A stretch of DNA of 64,000 nt from Candidatus Anderseniibacteriota bacterium (GTDB lineage Bacteria > Patescibacteriota > Andersenbacteria > UBA10190), in NCBI GenBank assembly GCA_040900375.1, contig JBBDZC010000003.1:586-64585 (forward strand), in the 5' to 3' direction. The notes under the pieces were generated by a model that was not told the origin of the DNA, made no database searches, and saw only the letters and a list, made by a program, of their open reading frames with translations. Numbering within the stretch: position 1 is the first letter of the stretch; the number at the start of each line of letters is the position of its first letter. The position numbers were made by a program, and so were the translations under genes. Of the stretch, positions 8,200-17,829 are shown piece after piece.

Positions 8200-9938
8200 G
8201 GCAGGGGTGGTGGCGTGGGTCCCACAAAGGCAGCTGGTTGCGACGGCTTGGGCGAGTGTTTGTGAGAAGGAACGTCTGTTGCTGACGAGGATGCAGCCGC
8301 ACCTACCGTATGCTGCCTTTGTCGTTTTTCTTCCTTAACCTCCGCGAAGCATTCTCGACAATAGACTGCCTTCTCGGGATCAGGCATAAATGGCACTTCC
8401 GCTTGATTGCCACAGCGGTCACACGTAATGGTGTACATTGTTTTTTTCGATTTCCCCGCCTCATGAGACACTGGTTGCTCCGCGGCAGTTAAAACCGCTG
8501 CGAGATCAGTAATCTCACGCTGCTGAGCTTGAACTACCACATCTTGCAGTTCCTTTTCAATAAACTGCTGGGGAGGGCTGGGTGGCCTGGACTGTGTTCG
8601 CGCAGGCCGGGCGGCACTTGGTTGGCCTTCGTCAACAGCCGCCTTGCCCTGTAAAACAACACCGCTCCAGCGCGCGATCTTTTCTTCCACAATTTCTCGC
8701 TGTCGGCCGTAACGCTCCCGCGAAACATTAATCACTGTGTCCTTTTTGCCAAAATCCTCAATCGCGGGCGGGATTGTCTGCATACTGAATGGCTTGCTAG
8801 TTACCCCATGAATCATGAGCTTCACGTAGGCATTATATTTGTTGAGGTTAACCAGGTCAGTCTCTGTAAATGTGGGAAAGAACTCCTTTTCTAAGTACTC
8901 TGCATCAAAAGCACCAACCCGGAAAGAAATTAATGTGCCGACATTGCCAAAGACCGCATCGCGCACAGGTTCTTCCATTTGGGTAATATATTGATGGGCA
9001 ATAGTGAGGTTTAAACGATACTTGCGCGCTTCCGAGAGAATGGTGGCAAAAGATTCAGTTGCAAAATTTTGAAACTCATCAACATAGAGGTAAAAATCAC
9101 GCCGCTCTGCTTCAGGCATACTGGCTCGGTCCATGGCTGCTAACTGAATACGGTTAATTAACATTGCTCCCAACAAAGCAGAATTATCTTCGCCAATTTT
9201 TCCCTTAGAAACATTGATCAGTAAGATTTTGCCGTTATCCATAATATCTTTCATATCAATTGTGCTCTTAGGTTGAGCAACAATATTGCGAATAATGGCC
9301 GAGCTTAGAAATTGCCCTACTTTATTTTGAATAGGCGAAATCGCTTCACTACGAAAACGCTCATTATAGTTAGCAAATTCGTTAGTCCAAAAGGCTTTGA
9401 CCACCGGGTCAGAGATCTTTTCTACTACTTTCTTACGGTACTTTTGGTCAGACAGCATACGTAAAATCCCCAAAATAGTACTCGAGGGGTAATCAAGTAA
9501 TGCTAAAATGGTATTGCGTAAAATATATTCGAGTCGCGGCCCCCAGGAATCGGCCCATATTTTCTTGAGACTAGAAACTAACCCAGAGGCAACGAGGTAT
9601 TTATACGAGGGGTCAACAGCCTCGAGCACATTAAAGGCGATGGGGTAGTTAACGTCTGAAGGATCAAAGTAAATAACGTCGTTAATGCGCTCGGGAGGAA
9701 TAGCATTCAGTAACTTCTCCGCGGTATCACCATGAGGATCGACTAAACAAACCCCTTTATTATTGACAATATCTTGCGCAATCATGTTCTCTAACAGTGT
9801 GGATTTACCTACGCCGGTTTTTCCAATGACATAAATATGCCGCCGGCGATCGTCGGGATAAATACCAAATTTCCGGTGCTGACCGCGAAAATTAGTTTGA
9901 CCCACAATCGTGATATCTGGTATCTCGGTAAGTTTCAT
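8196..9938 (-). CDS. TraG/VirD4/HerA-like P-loop ATPase with C-terminal CxxC-x17-CxxC domain
   Basis: Walker A GKTGVGKS, DPHGD, Walker B LYVDEFQNF, EARKY; C-terminal CDRC...VPFMP...VYCREC. Confidence 0.85.
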   Translation of the reverse strand: MKLTEIPDITIVGQTNFRGQHRKFGIYPDDRRRHIYVIGKTGVGKSTLLENMIAQDIVNNKGVCLVDPHGDTAEKLLNAIPPERINDVIYFDPSDVNYPIAFNVLEAVDPSYKYLVASGLVSSLKKIWADSWGPRLEYILRNTILALLDYPSSTILGILRMLSDQKYRKKVVEKISDPVVKAFWTNEFANYNERFRSEAISPIQNKVGQFLSSAIIRNIVAQPKSTIDMKDIMDNGKILLINVSKGKIGEDNSALLGAMLINRIQLAAMDRASMPEAERRDFYLYVDEFQNFATESFATILSEARKYRLNLTIAHQYITQMEEPVRDAVFGNVGTLISFRVGAFDAEYLEKEFFPTFTETDLVNLNKYNAYVKLMIHGVTSKPFSMQTIPPAIEDFGKKDTVINVSRERYGRQREIVEEKIARWSGVVLQGKAAVDEGQPSAARPARTQSRPPSPPQQFIEKELQDVVVQAQQREITDLAAVLTAAEQPVSHEAGKSKKTMYTITCDRCGNQAEVPFMPDPEKAVYCRECFAEVKEEKRQRQHTVGAAASSSATDVPSHKHSPKPSQPAAFVGPTPPPLP

Positions 9939-9950
9939 AGAATCGGTAAC

Positions 9951-11243
9951 TTAAATATACGGCAGATTTTCCGGAGCGCTACCGAGACCGGAAGTGGCTC
10001 GCTGAATACTAGGAGAACGACCATATTTGCTGGGAAAATGAAAAAGAGTAGCGAGTTCTTCAGCCGTCATCATTGACCCACTCTTATCTCCCCAAAAATC
10101 CCGAAATTGATAATTAAGCAATATTACACGTTTACGATATCGCCGCCGCGTCTGCTTGAGAATATAATTAGGACCATTTGTTTTTGTAGCATCATCAGGC
10201 TTAAGAGAGTTAAGATGAGACGTGTTAAATTGTTTAAACACGCCAATCGCTTTACTGGCGTTGGGTTTATGAAGCTTGCCGACGGGGGCAATGTGAACGA
10301 CTCGCATTTTAGTGCGAAAACCCGAACGGCCAACTTTTTGCAAAATAGCTTTAGTAATGTCTTGTTCGGGTGGGGTCATAAAGAGCCGTTGTGGTTTAAT
10401 ATCATTCTTTGCACTCGCTTCGAGGGGACCCTTAGTCGCTGCTTGGAATAGTTCGCCAGGCAACGCCGTTAAAAACTCAAATAAGCGCGCGGTGACTCCT
10501 GGCGGCTTCTCTTTAACCCGCCCGGCAATCCTATTAATCTCTTCCTGGCCCCGTTCTGACCACGTATTAATGTCGGAGGCACTAACAGGACGGACGAGTA
10601 ACTGAAACCAAAAATGTTCACCCTCTTCAATGGTTGTAAACGCTTCAATCAGTGCTTGCAAGGGGTCAATGTAGCGCTCATCTTCGGCTAAGGCATCTTC
10701 ATAATCATGGTAGGTTCTAATCGGAAAAATATCCTCTCGGACGAGCACCATCTCTGTGCCGTAGAGATCAAAAGTTTTTTCTAGATCTCTATGAGGAAAA
10801 GCTTGGGCATAATCTTCAACCTCGCGGATTTCCGCGGTCGGATATTGACCATAAATTACTCCTTCAAAAAACTTTCTATGCACCGTCGGCACAACCATAA
10901 TAAAGCGGACTCGATTACGCGTGCATTCTAACTCACAAGTGTACCAGGCAAGCATATACCCCTCAAAGTATCGCTCCAGTAAATCAGGATTTTTATGAAT
11001 GCCGCCCCACACTTCAAAAGCTTGCTCCATCGCCTTGGGTGTTTGCGGCGTCTCTTCCGGCACAGTAATTTGGAGGTACGTGAAGTGAATCGCGGAAACA
11101 TAATCAATCTGCTTGAGACGCAGATATACTTCCCAGGCGATCCAGAGGGCAAAAAAGACAATAAATAACCAGCCCCAAGAAAGTAAGACAGTTGCAAATT
11201 CGCTTAAGAGACGAAGAATATTGGAAAAATCCCAGAATGACAC
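9951..11243 (-). CDS. Membrane-anchored conserved protein co-transcribed with the ATPase
   Basis: N-terminal TM segment; PKAMEQ, YGQYPTAEIREVEDY, PIRTY and EELATLFHFP motifs that I recognise from CPR ATPase-partner proteins. Confidence 0.7.
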   Translation of the reverse strand: MSFWDFSNILRLLSEFATVLLSWGWLFIVFFALWIAWEVYLRLKQIDYVSAIHFTYLQITVPEETPQTPKAMEQAFEVWGGIHKNPDLLERYFEGYMLAWYTCELECTRNRVRFIMVVPTVHRKFFEGVIYGQYPTAEIREVEDYAQAFPHRDLEKTFDLYGTEMVLVREDIFPIRTYHDYEDALAEDERYIDPLQALIEAFTTIEEGEHFWFQLLVRPVSASDINTWSERGQEEINRIAGRVKEKPPGVTARLFEFLTALPGELFQAATKGPLEASAKNDIKPQRLFMTPPEQDITKAILQKVGRSGFRTKMRVVHIAPVGKLHKPNASKAIGVFKQFNTSHLNSLKPDDATKTNGPNYILKQTRRRYRKRVILLNYQFRDFWGDKSGSMMTAEELATLFHFPSKYGRSPSIQRATSGLGSAPENLPYI

Positions 11244-11343
11244 AGAGGCAATAATTTTCCGCTGACAGTTTTAAAATATCAGGGGCGTATGCTTAACCAT
11301 ACCATAAGCCCCGCGGTTGGTGCGACTTAAGTGGGGCGGTTAA

Positions 11344-11525
11344 GAGCTTGGTGAATAATGAATTATTGTACTCGGGTGCCGCCCCCGCCTTCACCAGTAC
11401 CGCTCCGGCGGGTACACCGAGTCAAAGCCGCCTGCCCTACCGAAGCTTGCCGAAGCGAAGGCGGGTCGGACGGGGGTGCAGGTGCAGGCAGGCCCCGCTC
11501 GATACTGAAGTTATTCACCAAGCTC
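11344..11525. repeat. 182-bp element with perfect 15-bp terminal inverted repeats (copy A)
   Basis: GAGCTTGGTGAATAA...TTATTCACCAAGCTC; both ends homologous to 23594-23726; GC-rich palindromic interior. Confidence 0.75.
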
Positions 11526-11538
11526 CAGCTAAGGAAAA

Positions 11539-11648
11539 TTGACTCTTCGACTCGCGCAAGCTCCACCCTGAAGGGTGGAGATAAGCGCGGCTCAGAGTCA
11601 ACCCTGAGCAAGCCACGGCCTTTAGACCGTGGAGTCGAATGGGTTGAC
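11539..11648 (+). mobile_element. TTGAC-bounded ~110-bp palindromic element, copy 1
   Basis: Near-identical to three other copies; homology stops at TTGAC on both sides. Confidence 0.85.
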
Positions 11649-11661
11649 AATGTCGAGGTCT

Positions 11662-12717
11662 TTACGACCGGAGGGTGTAGCGGTTCTCGGGCGTCTTAAT
11701 AAAACGTTTTTCGTTTTGGAGGCCGAGGAGGATAGTGTTCTTCTTAACCTGACGCTGGGCTAACACTTGCTCAATTAGCTCTTCGCGGGTCAAAGGAGTT
11801 TGGGCGCGCGCGAGTAATGACTCTAAAACATCGGCAACTGTGCCTGGGATATAACCCCACTCTGCCAGCCCGTATAAACCGCGACCGACTAGCACAAATC
11901 GATCATCTTTGATCAGTTCATTATGCACAGTTTGAGCATTGGCTTGCTTATGATCAAAAGCGGCTTCATTGATCAAATTAGTGATTCGCGTAAAGTGCTC
12001 TGGTTTGCCGTGGCGACGTAATACAGCATAGGCCTTATCACCGACTCCGCGCGGATTAGTTTCCGGCCAACCCGCCAGCCCCCATTCAAGAAAAGGAGTC
12101 TGGTTAACGTGTTTGCTTGCCTTGAGGCACGCGTCAATATAGCGAGAGGGTAATGTCTCCAGAGTTTCTTTAAGGCTGTGTAAGATCCCCTCAATCAACT
12201 CTTGCTCGGGCAGGGGATGTTGAGTTTGCTTTAAAATCTGGCGAGCGCTCTCCACCACCACCACAGCCTTATCTGTTACGACTGCCGGATAGCGCCAGTG
12301 CGGAGCAAAATACTGGTCACGAGAAACATACGTGTATGGCGGCAAAATCTCTAAGTAAAAGGTGACGACCGCCGGATGAATGTTATCCTGGCCAAGCACT
12401 TCACGCACTACTGCCACTACATGATTATCCGCCAGGATACCGCCATGATTGACGAAAATCTCTTCAAAAACCTCGGCTACTGGCTGCAAGGGGTCATGCA
12501 AAGCCGCTAAAACCTTTTTAGCTTGTGATTCGATTTGGCGCACTCGCTCGCGGGTAATACCATACTCTTTACCAATACTCTCGAGCGTCTCTACATGACC
12601 ATTGTTTAACCCAAAACGGCGACTGATAATGTCGCGAGAACGATCATCAAGCGCTTCCAAAAGTGTCTGGGTAAGTTGGTTAAGTTTTAATGCTTTAGCA
12701 GGGGCAGTCGCGGACAT
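11662..12717 (-). CDS. Sigma70 region-4 HTH protein with C-terminal winged-helix (HARE-HTH/RNAP delta-like) domains
   Basis: RFGL...TLESIGKEYGITRERVRQIE, no sigma region 2; C-terminal QTVHNELIKDDRFVLVGRGLYGLAEW. Confidence 0.8.
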   Translation of the reverse strand: MSATAPAKALKLNQLTQTLLEALDDRSRDIISRRFGLNNGHVETLESIGKEYGITRERVRQIESQAKKVLAALHDPLQPVAEVFEEIFVNHGGILADNHVVAVVREVLGQDNIHPAVVTFYLEILPPYTYVSRDQYFAPHWRYPAVVTDKAVVVVESARQILKQTQHPLPEQELIEGILHSLKETLETLPSRYIDACLKASKHVNQTPFLEWGLAGWPETNPRGVGDKAYAVLRRHGKPEHFTRITNLINEAAFDHKQANAQTVHNELIKDDRFVLVGRGLYGLAEWGYIPGTVADVLESLLARAQTPLTREELIEQVLAQRQVKKNTILLGLQNEKRFIKTPENRYTLRS

Positions 12718-12831
12718 AGTGTTGAGTAATTTTTCTTATATTGACACGGGGGTACTCCCCTAGTTCTTAATATATGATTAACCTAATCTGACTAATTGGG
12801 TTGCTAATTGACTAATTAAATCCAACATTGA

Positions 12832-12860
12832 CTTATAGCACATACAAATAGCTATGTCAA
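12832..12860 (-). promoter_or_regulatory. Strong sigma70-type promoter of the sigma4-HTH gene
   Basis: TTGACA-17 bp-TATAAG with an extended TGn motif. Confidence 0.75.
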
Positions 12861-13044
12861 ACTAGCTTATAATATAGGTCGAGATTGACTTTTAGTCAAC
12901 TCTACTGCAATAAGCACCCCAACATACAGCAAGATCCCCTGGTTTGTCCAGAGTCACCTAGAGAAACAGTGTCAATGTTGACTGACACCGTCTAGTAAAG
13001 TTGTAACTCTCTTCATGAGAATATTGTTCGCAAGTTTCGCCGGT

Positions 13045-13923
13045 TTACACAATTTGGATCTCTGGTTCTAAAGAAACACCCGACTCTTTTTGGACGATTG
13101 CCTGGATATCAGTAATGAGCTGGCGGATATCTGCACTACGAGCATGGTTGCGATTAATAATGAAGTTTGCGTGCTTGTGGCTAATCTCGGCGCCTCCCTG
13201 AACGCGCCCTTTAAGCCCAGCTGCCTCAATCAATTTTCCGGCATAGACTCCCTTCTCTTTATTAGGGTTTTTAAAGATAGACCCAGCCGAAGGTGCATCA
13301 TACGGTTGACGCTCGTGCCGCTGTTTAACGTCGTGGAGAACTAGTTGCTGGCCAGCGTGAGCCTCGCCCTGCTGTAGAGAAAAGATCGCCCGCACGATAA
13401 TCCAGTTAGGTTCACGTTTAAAAATGCTATCGCGATAACCAAATTGGCACTGTGAGGCAGGTAAGGTCACAAATTCCCACTGAGATAGATTCGCTGATGG
13501 CCGTAGCACCACGACCGCTTGTAAATGGTCTTTAGTTTCTGTGGACCAGGTACCAGCATTTCCCCGCACGGCCCCGCCCACAGTACCAGGAATGCCAGCT
13601 AGTTCTTCTAGGCCGCGCAAGGAATGATCGAGCGCAAAATTTACCAATTGCCGCATAAAGACTCCACTAGCGGCCGTTAGGGTCGTTCCGGTTGCGTGTA
13701 GGCGGCGGTCTGTCATATGGATGACGACGCCCGGGTAACCTTCATCAGAAAATAAAGTATTACTCCCTTTGCCCAAGATAAAGAAAGGCAATTGTTGCTT
13801 GCCTGCCCATGACACGGCCGTCAGAATATCCTCATCACTCGTCACACGGAAAAAGTAACGAGCCGGTCCACCGACATGGAGCGACGTATATCGAGCGAGG
13901 CTGACATTCTCTTCCATGAGCAT
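13045..13923 (-). CDS. murB: UDP-N-acetylmuramate dehydrogenase
   Basis: VGGPA, GKGSNTL, GIPGTVGGAVRGNAG, SAGSIFKNP and HANFIIN motifs. Confidence 0.97.
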   Translation of the reverse strand: MLMEENVSLARYTSLHVGGPARYFFRVTSDEDILTAVSWAGKQQLPFFILGKGSNTLFSDEGYPGVVIHMTDRRLHATGTTLTAASGVFMRQLVNFALDHSLRGLEELAGIPGTVGGAVRGNAGTWSTETKDHLQAVVVLRPSANLSQWEFVTLPASQCQFGYRDSIFKREPNWIIVRAIFSLQQGEAHAGQQLVLHDVKQRHERQPYDAPSAGSIFKNPNKEKGVYAGKLIEAAGLKGRVQGGAEISHKHANFIINRNHARSADIRQLITDIQAIVQKESGVSLEPEIQIV

Positions 13924-13935
13924 GAGCAGAATAGT

Positions 13936-15228
13936 TTAAGAGTGATCCTTGAGCTGGCGCAAGTGCGTATCGAGGAGGCCAGCACTAAAGGCAAGAGCCA
14001 CATCGAAATCAGCCGCCAGAGTTTTCATGAGCTCCACCGCGGCTCGGTAGGTAGCAGCATACCAAATTGGCGTGCGTTTATGACGCAAAGCCTCATAGAG
14101 TTCGCGGCTACTAGTAGCGCTTTCCTTTTCGCGGCCGGGGGCGCAAAAAGTGGGGCAGATCACTAGCCCTTCAATAGGCGCCGCTGCTAGTGTCGTCACA
14201 AATTGGGTAAAAAAGGCGCTCAAGCGTTGCGTAGTGTGAGGTTCTACTAGAACCAGTAAGCGGCCTTTGGGATAGACCTCACGTGCGGCTGCAATCGTCG
14301 CTGCAATTTCAGTGGGATGATGGCCATAGTCGGAAATAACTTGGAGAGAACCGATTTTCCCTATTTTCTCAAAACGTCGTGATAATCCAGGAAAAGACGC
14401 TAGCGCCGCGCGCGCGACGTCCGTATCAATTCCCAGTTTTTGCGCGACAGCGAGGGCTAAGGCAGCATTATCTTGCATATGTTTCCCGGGCAGAGTCAGG
14501 GGGAGTAACTTATGGAGAGGAGGAACGAGAAGCGTATCATGGGGCCATGGTAGGCTTGTCTGTTCTTCATAGACACGCTGACTGGTAACTACAATCCCGT
14601 GCGGCTTAACCTGCATCAGTAACTGCGCATAACTAGCTTGGACTTCCATCAACGAATGAAAATAATCAGGGTGATCAAAATCAACTGTCGTAATCACCAG
14701 AACTTCCGGCTGGAGCGACAAAAAGTGTTGGCGGTATTCATCGGCTTCGACTACAAAGTATTCCCCCTTCCCGACCCGGGCATTATGTTTCCAGGCTAAA
14801 ACTTCTGCCCCCACAAGCACGGTTGGGTCTAGACCAGCACTAGTTAAGATATGGCCAATAAAGGCTGTCGTAGAGGATTTGCCATGAGTGCCGGCAACTG
14901 CAATCGTTCGGAAAATTTGCGCAAATTTTCCGATAGCGGTAAACAATGTCGCCTGTGCTAGGTTGTGGTTAGCCGCTAGCCGCCGCAGAGGATGCGTATC
15001 GGGCACAGCGTCGGAATAGATCATTGCATCTGCCTGGAGTAATAAATCTTCCGCCTGGTGTTCGGGAACAAGCTGATATGCTTGTAAACTAGGATCATGA
15101 GTGATTTTATCAAAGTCAAAATCAGTGCCCATGATCCGGTGGCCTTGGGCGGCCAGGAGCAAGGCCAAACCACGCATACCCGCGCCGCCAATACCCTGCA
15201 TAAAAATTGTCTGTGTCTCCTTACCCAC
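13936..15228 (-). CDS. murC: UDP-N-acetylmuramate--L-alanine ligase
   Basis: GIGGAGM, AVAGTHGKSSTT, EADEY, DHPDY and DYGHHPTEI motifs; probable GTG start overlapping the murG stop. Confidence 0.93.
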   Translation of the reverse strand: MGKETQTIFMQGIGGAGMRGLALLLAAQGHRIMGTDFDFDKITHDPSLQAYQLVPEHQAEDLLLQADAMIYSDAVPDTHPLRRLAANHNLAQATLFTAIGKFAQIFRTIAVAGTHGKSSTTAFIGHILTSAGLDPTVLVGAEVLAWKHNARVGKGEYFVVEADEYRQHFLSLQPEVLVITTVDFDHPDYFHSLMEVQASYAQLLMQVKPHGIVVTSQRVYEEQTSLPWPHDTLLVPPLHKLLPLTLPGKHMQDNAALALAVAQKLGIDTDVARAALASFPGLSRRFEKIGKIGSLQVISDYGHHPTEIAATIAAAREVYPKGRLLVLVEPHTTQRLSAFFTQFVTTLAAAPIEGLVICPTFCAPGREKESATSSRELYEALRHKRTPIWYAATYRAAVELMKTLAADFDVALAFSAGLLDTHLRQLKDHS

Positions 15229-16405
15229 GCTCTTCTTGTAATACTGGCACGAGCCCCATGGCAAGTTTGAAAGTAAGCAACGCAATATCGCGGCCGGCCT
15301 GGGGGTGATCGAGCGGTGTTAAGGCGCGTGCCAGTTCATGGCGTAGATATTCGTGCTCAAGTAAATCAGTCAGGCTTCGTAAGAAAAGATTTCGACCTAA
15401 ATTTGCAGGATCCAGCACCCGCGCCGCGCCCGCCCGCTCATAAATTTGCGCATTGAGACGCTGATGATCATAAGCTGCTCCTGGCAAAGGAATAAGCAGA
15501 CTAGGTTTTCTCAACCGGGTAAGCTCGGCAAGCGTTGTCGCCCCTGCTCGCGAAACAACAATATCTGCCGCCGTCATCGCTTCAATAACCGTATCCGTTA
15601 AATAAGGATAGGCTTTGTAAAATTCCTTGCGGGATGACGATTCTAAGAGTTCATTAGCAACAGTCGTAATTTTTGTAAAATGATTATCGCCCGTGATATG
15701 AATAATGCCCGCCTGAAGAATTAACTCGGGTAAGACCTGAAGCAAGACCTCATTGAGCGCTAGTGCCCCTTGGCTTCCGCCAACTACAAGAATTACCATG
15801 TCACTTACTTTAAAGCCAAAGGCTTGTTTGGCTTCAGCTACGGAAACTCTCCCAAACTCATGGCGCACCGGTGTGCCAGTAACGAAGGTTTTATGCTGGT
15901 AACGGCTCATCTCTTCGCGCGTTGCTGCAAAGCCCACCGTGATCGCGGCTGCAAACCTCGCTGCCAAGCGGTTTGCTAAGCCAGATACGGCATCCGATTC
16001 GTGCAGGAGAAAAGGAATGCGATAGAAAGCTGCAGCTATGAGGACAGGAATACTGCCGTAACCACCCTTACTAACAATGACGTCTGGCATGATCTTCCAC
16101 ATCAGGTAGAGCGCCTTGACAATACCTACTGGTAGACGTCCGAGCATATCAAAAAAAGTTAAATGAGAGGCATAACGACGCAACTTTCCTGAAGGAACAT
16201 GATAGGCCGCCACATCATAATGTTTAAAAAAGGTCCGAGTTTTATCATCGACAATACCGATAAAGAACAGATCGAGTTTTGTCGGCTCTATTCTCTCCGG
16301 TAAAGAATCCTTTTGTTCCAGGTAGACCGTCCGCAACGATTCAATAATTGGTTCGAAGGGAATCAGGTGTCCCCCTGTTCCACCACCAGTAAGCACAATT
16401 CTCAT
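15221..16405 (-). CDS. murG: Lipid II GlcNAc transferase
   Basis: TGGGTGGH, GGYGS, GGSQGA, SRAGATT and HQRLNA motifs. Confidence 0.97.
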   Translation of the reverse strand: MRIVLTGGGTGGHLIPFEPIIESLRTVYLEQKDSLPERIEPTKLDLFFIGIVDDKTRTFFKHYDVAAYHVPSGKLRRYASHLTFFDMLGRLPVGIVKALYLMWKIMPDVIVSKGGYGSIPVLIAAAFYRIPFLLHESDAVSGLANRLAARFAAAITVGFAATREEMSRYQHKTFVTGTPVRHEFGRVSVAEAKQAFGFKVSDMVILVVGGSQGALALNEVLLQVLPELILQAGIIHITGDNHFTKITTVANELLESSSRKEFYKAYPYLTDTVIEAMTAADIVVSRAGATTLAELTRLRKPSLLIPLPGAAYDHQRLNAQIYERAGAARVLDPANLGRNLFLRSLTDLLEHEYLRHELARALTPLDHPQAGRDIALLTFKLAMGLVPVLQEERG

Positions 16406-16480
16406 ACGTTAATCATACGTTTATTTGTGCGGGAAATGAAACGGCCTTCGCATCTTACGGTAGAGTATGCAAAGGATGTA

Positions 16481-16609
16481 ATGAAGCCTCCCCCGCGGCC
16501 AGGCCGCGGGGTATCAGGGCGGCTGCGTTGCCTAAGGAGTCGGCTCCGCCGATTCCTTTCAGAACCCCTTCCATCCCCGCCGCTAGCGGCGGGGTATTCA
16601 CGGGGTGCA
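16481..16609 (-). mobile_element. 129-bp non-autonomous IS200/IS605-like element (TTTAT family, both ends intact)
   Basis: Minus strand reads TTTAT target, hairpin CCCCGCCGC-TA-GCGGCGGGG, internal hairpin, then GATACCCCGCGGCCTGGCCGCGGGGGAGGCTTCAT. Confidence 0.75.
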
Positions 16610-16648
16610 ATAAACTTTTTTTACTTACCACTCTTGCCGGTCCCCGTC

Positions 16649-17773
16649 CTAGGTTTCTCGGGCGTACTTGGAAATATTCAACAGAATACCTGAAGCAAAT
16701 AACATGCTGACCAAGGAAGTGCCGCCATAACTTATAAAGGGCAAAGGAATGCCTGTGAGTGGCGTCACCGCTAAAATTGAACCAATATTAATAAATACCT
16801 GAATACTGATCCAAGAAGTAATGCCGCATGCCAGCAGTCGGCCAAAGAGATCAGGTGCCCGATGCGCAATTATATAACCCCGATAAGCAATCACTAAAAA
16901 GACAGCAATAATGAACAAAGAACGAATGAGACCGAGCTCCTCGGCAATGATCGCAAAAATTGAATCGCCTGCCGGCTCCGGCAGATAATGGTATTTTTGC
17001 CGGCTCCGGCCAAAGCCCAATCCCCACATTCCCCCAGTGCCTACAGCCAGCAGGGCCTGGTTAATCTGGTAACCAATGCCTTGCGGATCTAATTCGGGAT
17101 GAAGGTACACCAAAATGCGGGACAAGCGATATGAAGCAGTGTTAAAAAGCAAGATGAACAACGCCACAGCGGCCCCAGCAATCAATGTTAGATGCGTAAT
17201 TTTAAAACCAGCAATAAAGACCATGGCCCCGGCAATCGCCACAATACTAAAGAGAGTGCCAATGTCTGGTTGCATCACAATCAATCCAGTAATAATGCCC
17301 GTGATAATCAGAAAAGGCACAACACTCTTTCTGAAGTCATGAATATCCTCTTTTTTACGCTCAAGTAAAGCGGCCAAGTAAACAATAAAGGCTAGCTTAG
17401 TAATTTCTGTCGGTTGGATAGTTATAGGACCAAGGCTAATCCAGCGCGCGGCGCCTCCATATGCAAATTGCAGTCCCGGGATAAAGACCATCACCAAGAG
17501 GATGAGCGACAAAAGGAGTCCTGGCAAAGCCAGGAGGCGCCACTTCCTATAGGGAACATAAAAACCAAAAAGAAAGGCCACTAAACCCGAGGAACCGCCA
17601 AAAAAGAGTTGATGCTTTAAAAAAGCATAAATATCCCCACGAAAACGCTCAGCGATAACAGAGGAGGCAGACGTGATCATCATCATGCCGAAAAGCGTAA
17701 GGCCAATAATACAGAGCAATAAAAGAGTATCAGCAGACTGGCGTGAGGAGCTAGCCATAGTAAAATCCATCAT
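16649..17773 (-). CDS. ftsW: SEDS peptidoglycan polymerase
   Basis: GAARWI, IQPTEITK, QPDIGT, GYQINQAL and GIPLPFISYGGTS motifs; lies between murD and murG. Confidence 0.92.
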   Translation of the reverse strand: MMDFTMASSSRQSADTLLLLCIIGLTLFGMMMITSASSVIAERFRGDIYAFLKHQLFFGGSSGLVAFLFGFYVPYRKWRLLALPGLLLSLILLVMVFIPGLQFAYGGAARWISLGPITIQPTEITKLAFIVYLAALLERKKEDIHDFRKSVVPFLIITGIITGLIVMQPDIGTLFSIVAIAGAMVFIAGFKITHLTLIAGAAVALFILLFNTASYRLSRILVYLHPELDPQGIGYQINQALLAVGTGGMWGLGFGRSRQKYHYLPEPAGDSIFAIIAEELGLIRSLFIIAVFLVIAYRGYIIAHRAPDLFGRLLACGITSWISIQVFINIGSILAVTPLTGIPLPFISYGGTSLVSMLFASGILLNISKYARET

Positions 17774-17829
17774 ACGTGATTGTCTGGTCCCCGGTAAAGC
17801 GCCGGCGTGTCTGCCCAGGGCCCTACCGA

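Noticed and set aside
11344-11525. Copy A as 6S RNA
   Set aside because: The length fits, but a second copy with a different interior, perfect DNA-level TIRs and nested palindromes favour a repeat element. Not formally excluded without cmscan.
11348-11699. Short ORFs over the repeat elements (also 8072-8338, 16313-16710, 19112-19497, 23578-23859, 30387-30596)
   Set aside because: They translate palindromic repeat DNA. Similar peptides recur only because the repeats recur, and no protein motifs are present.
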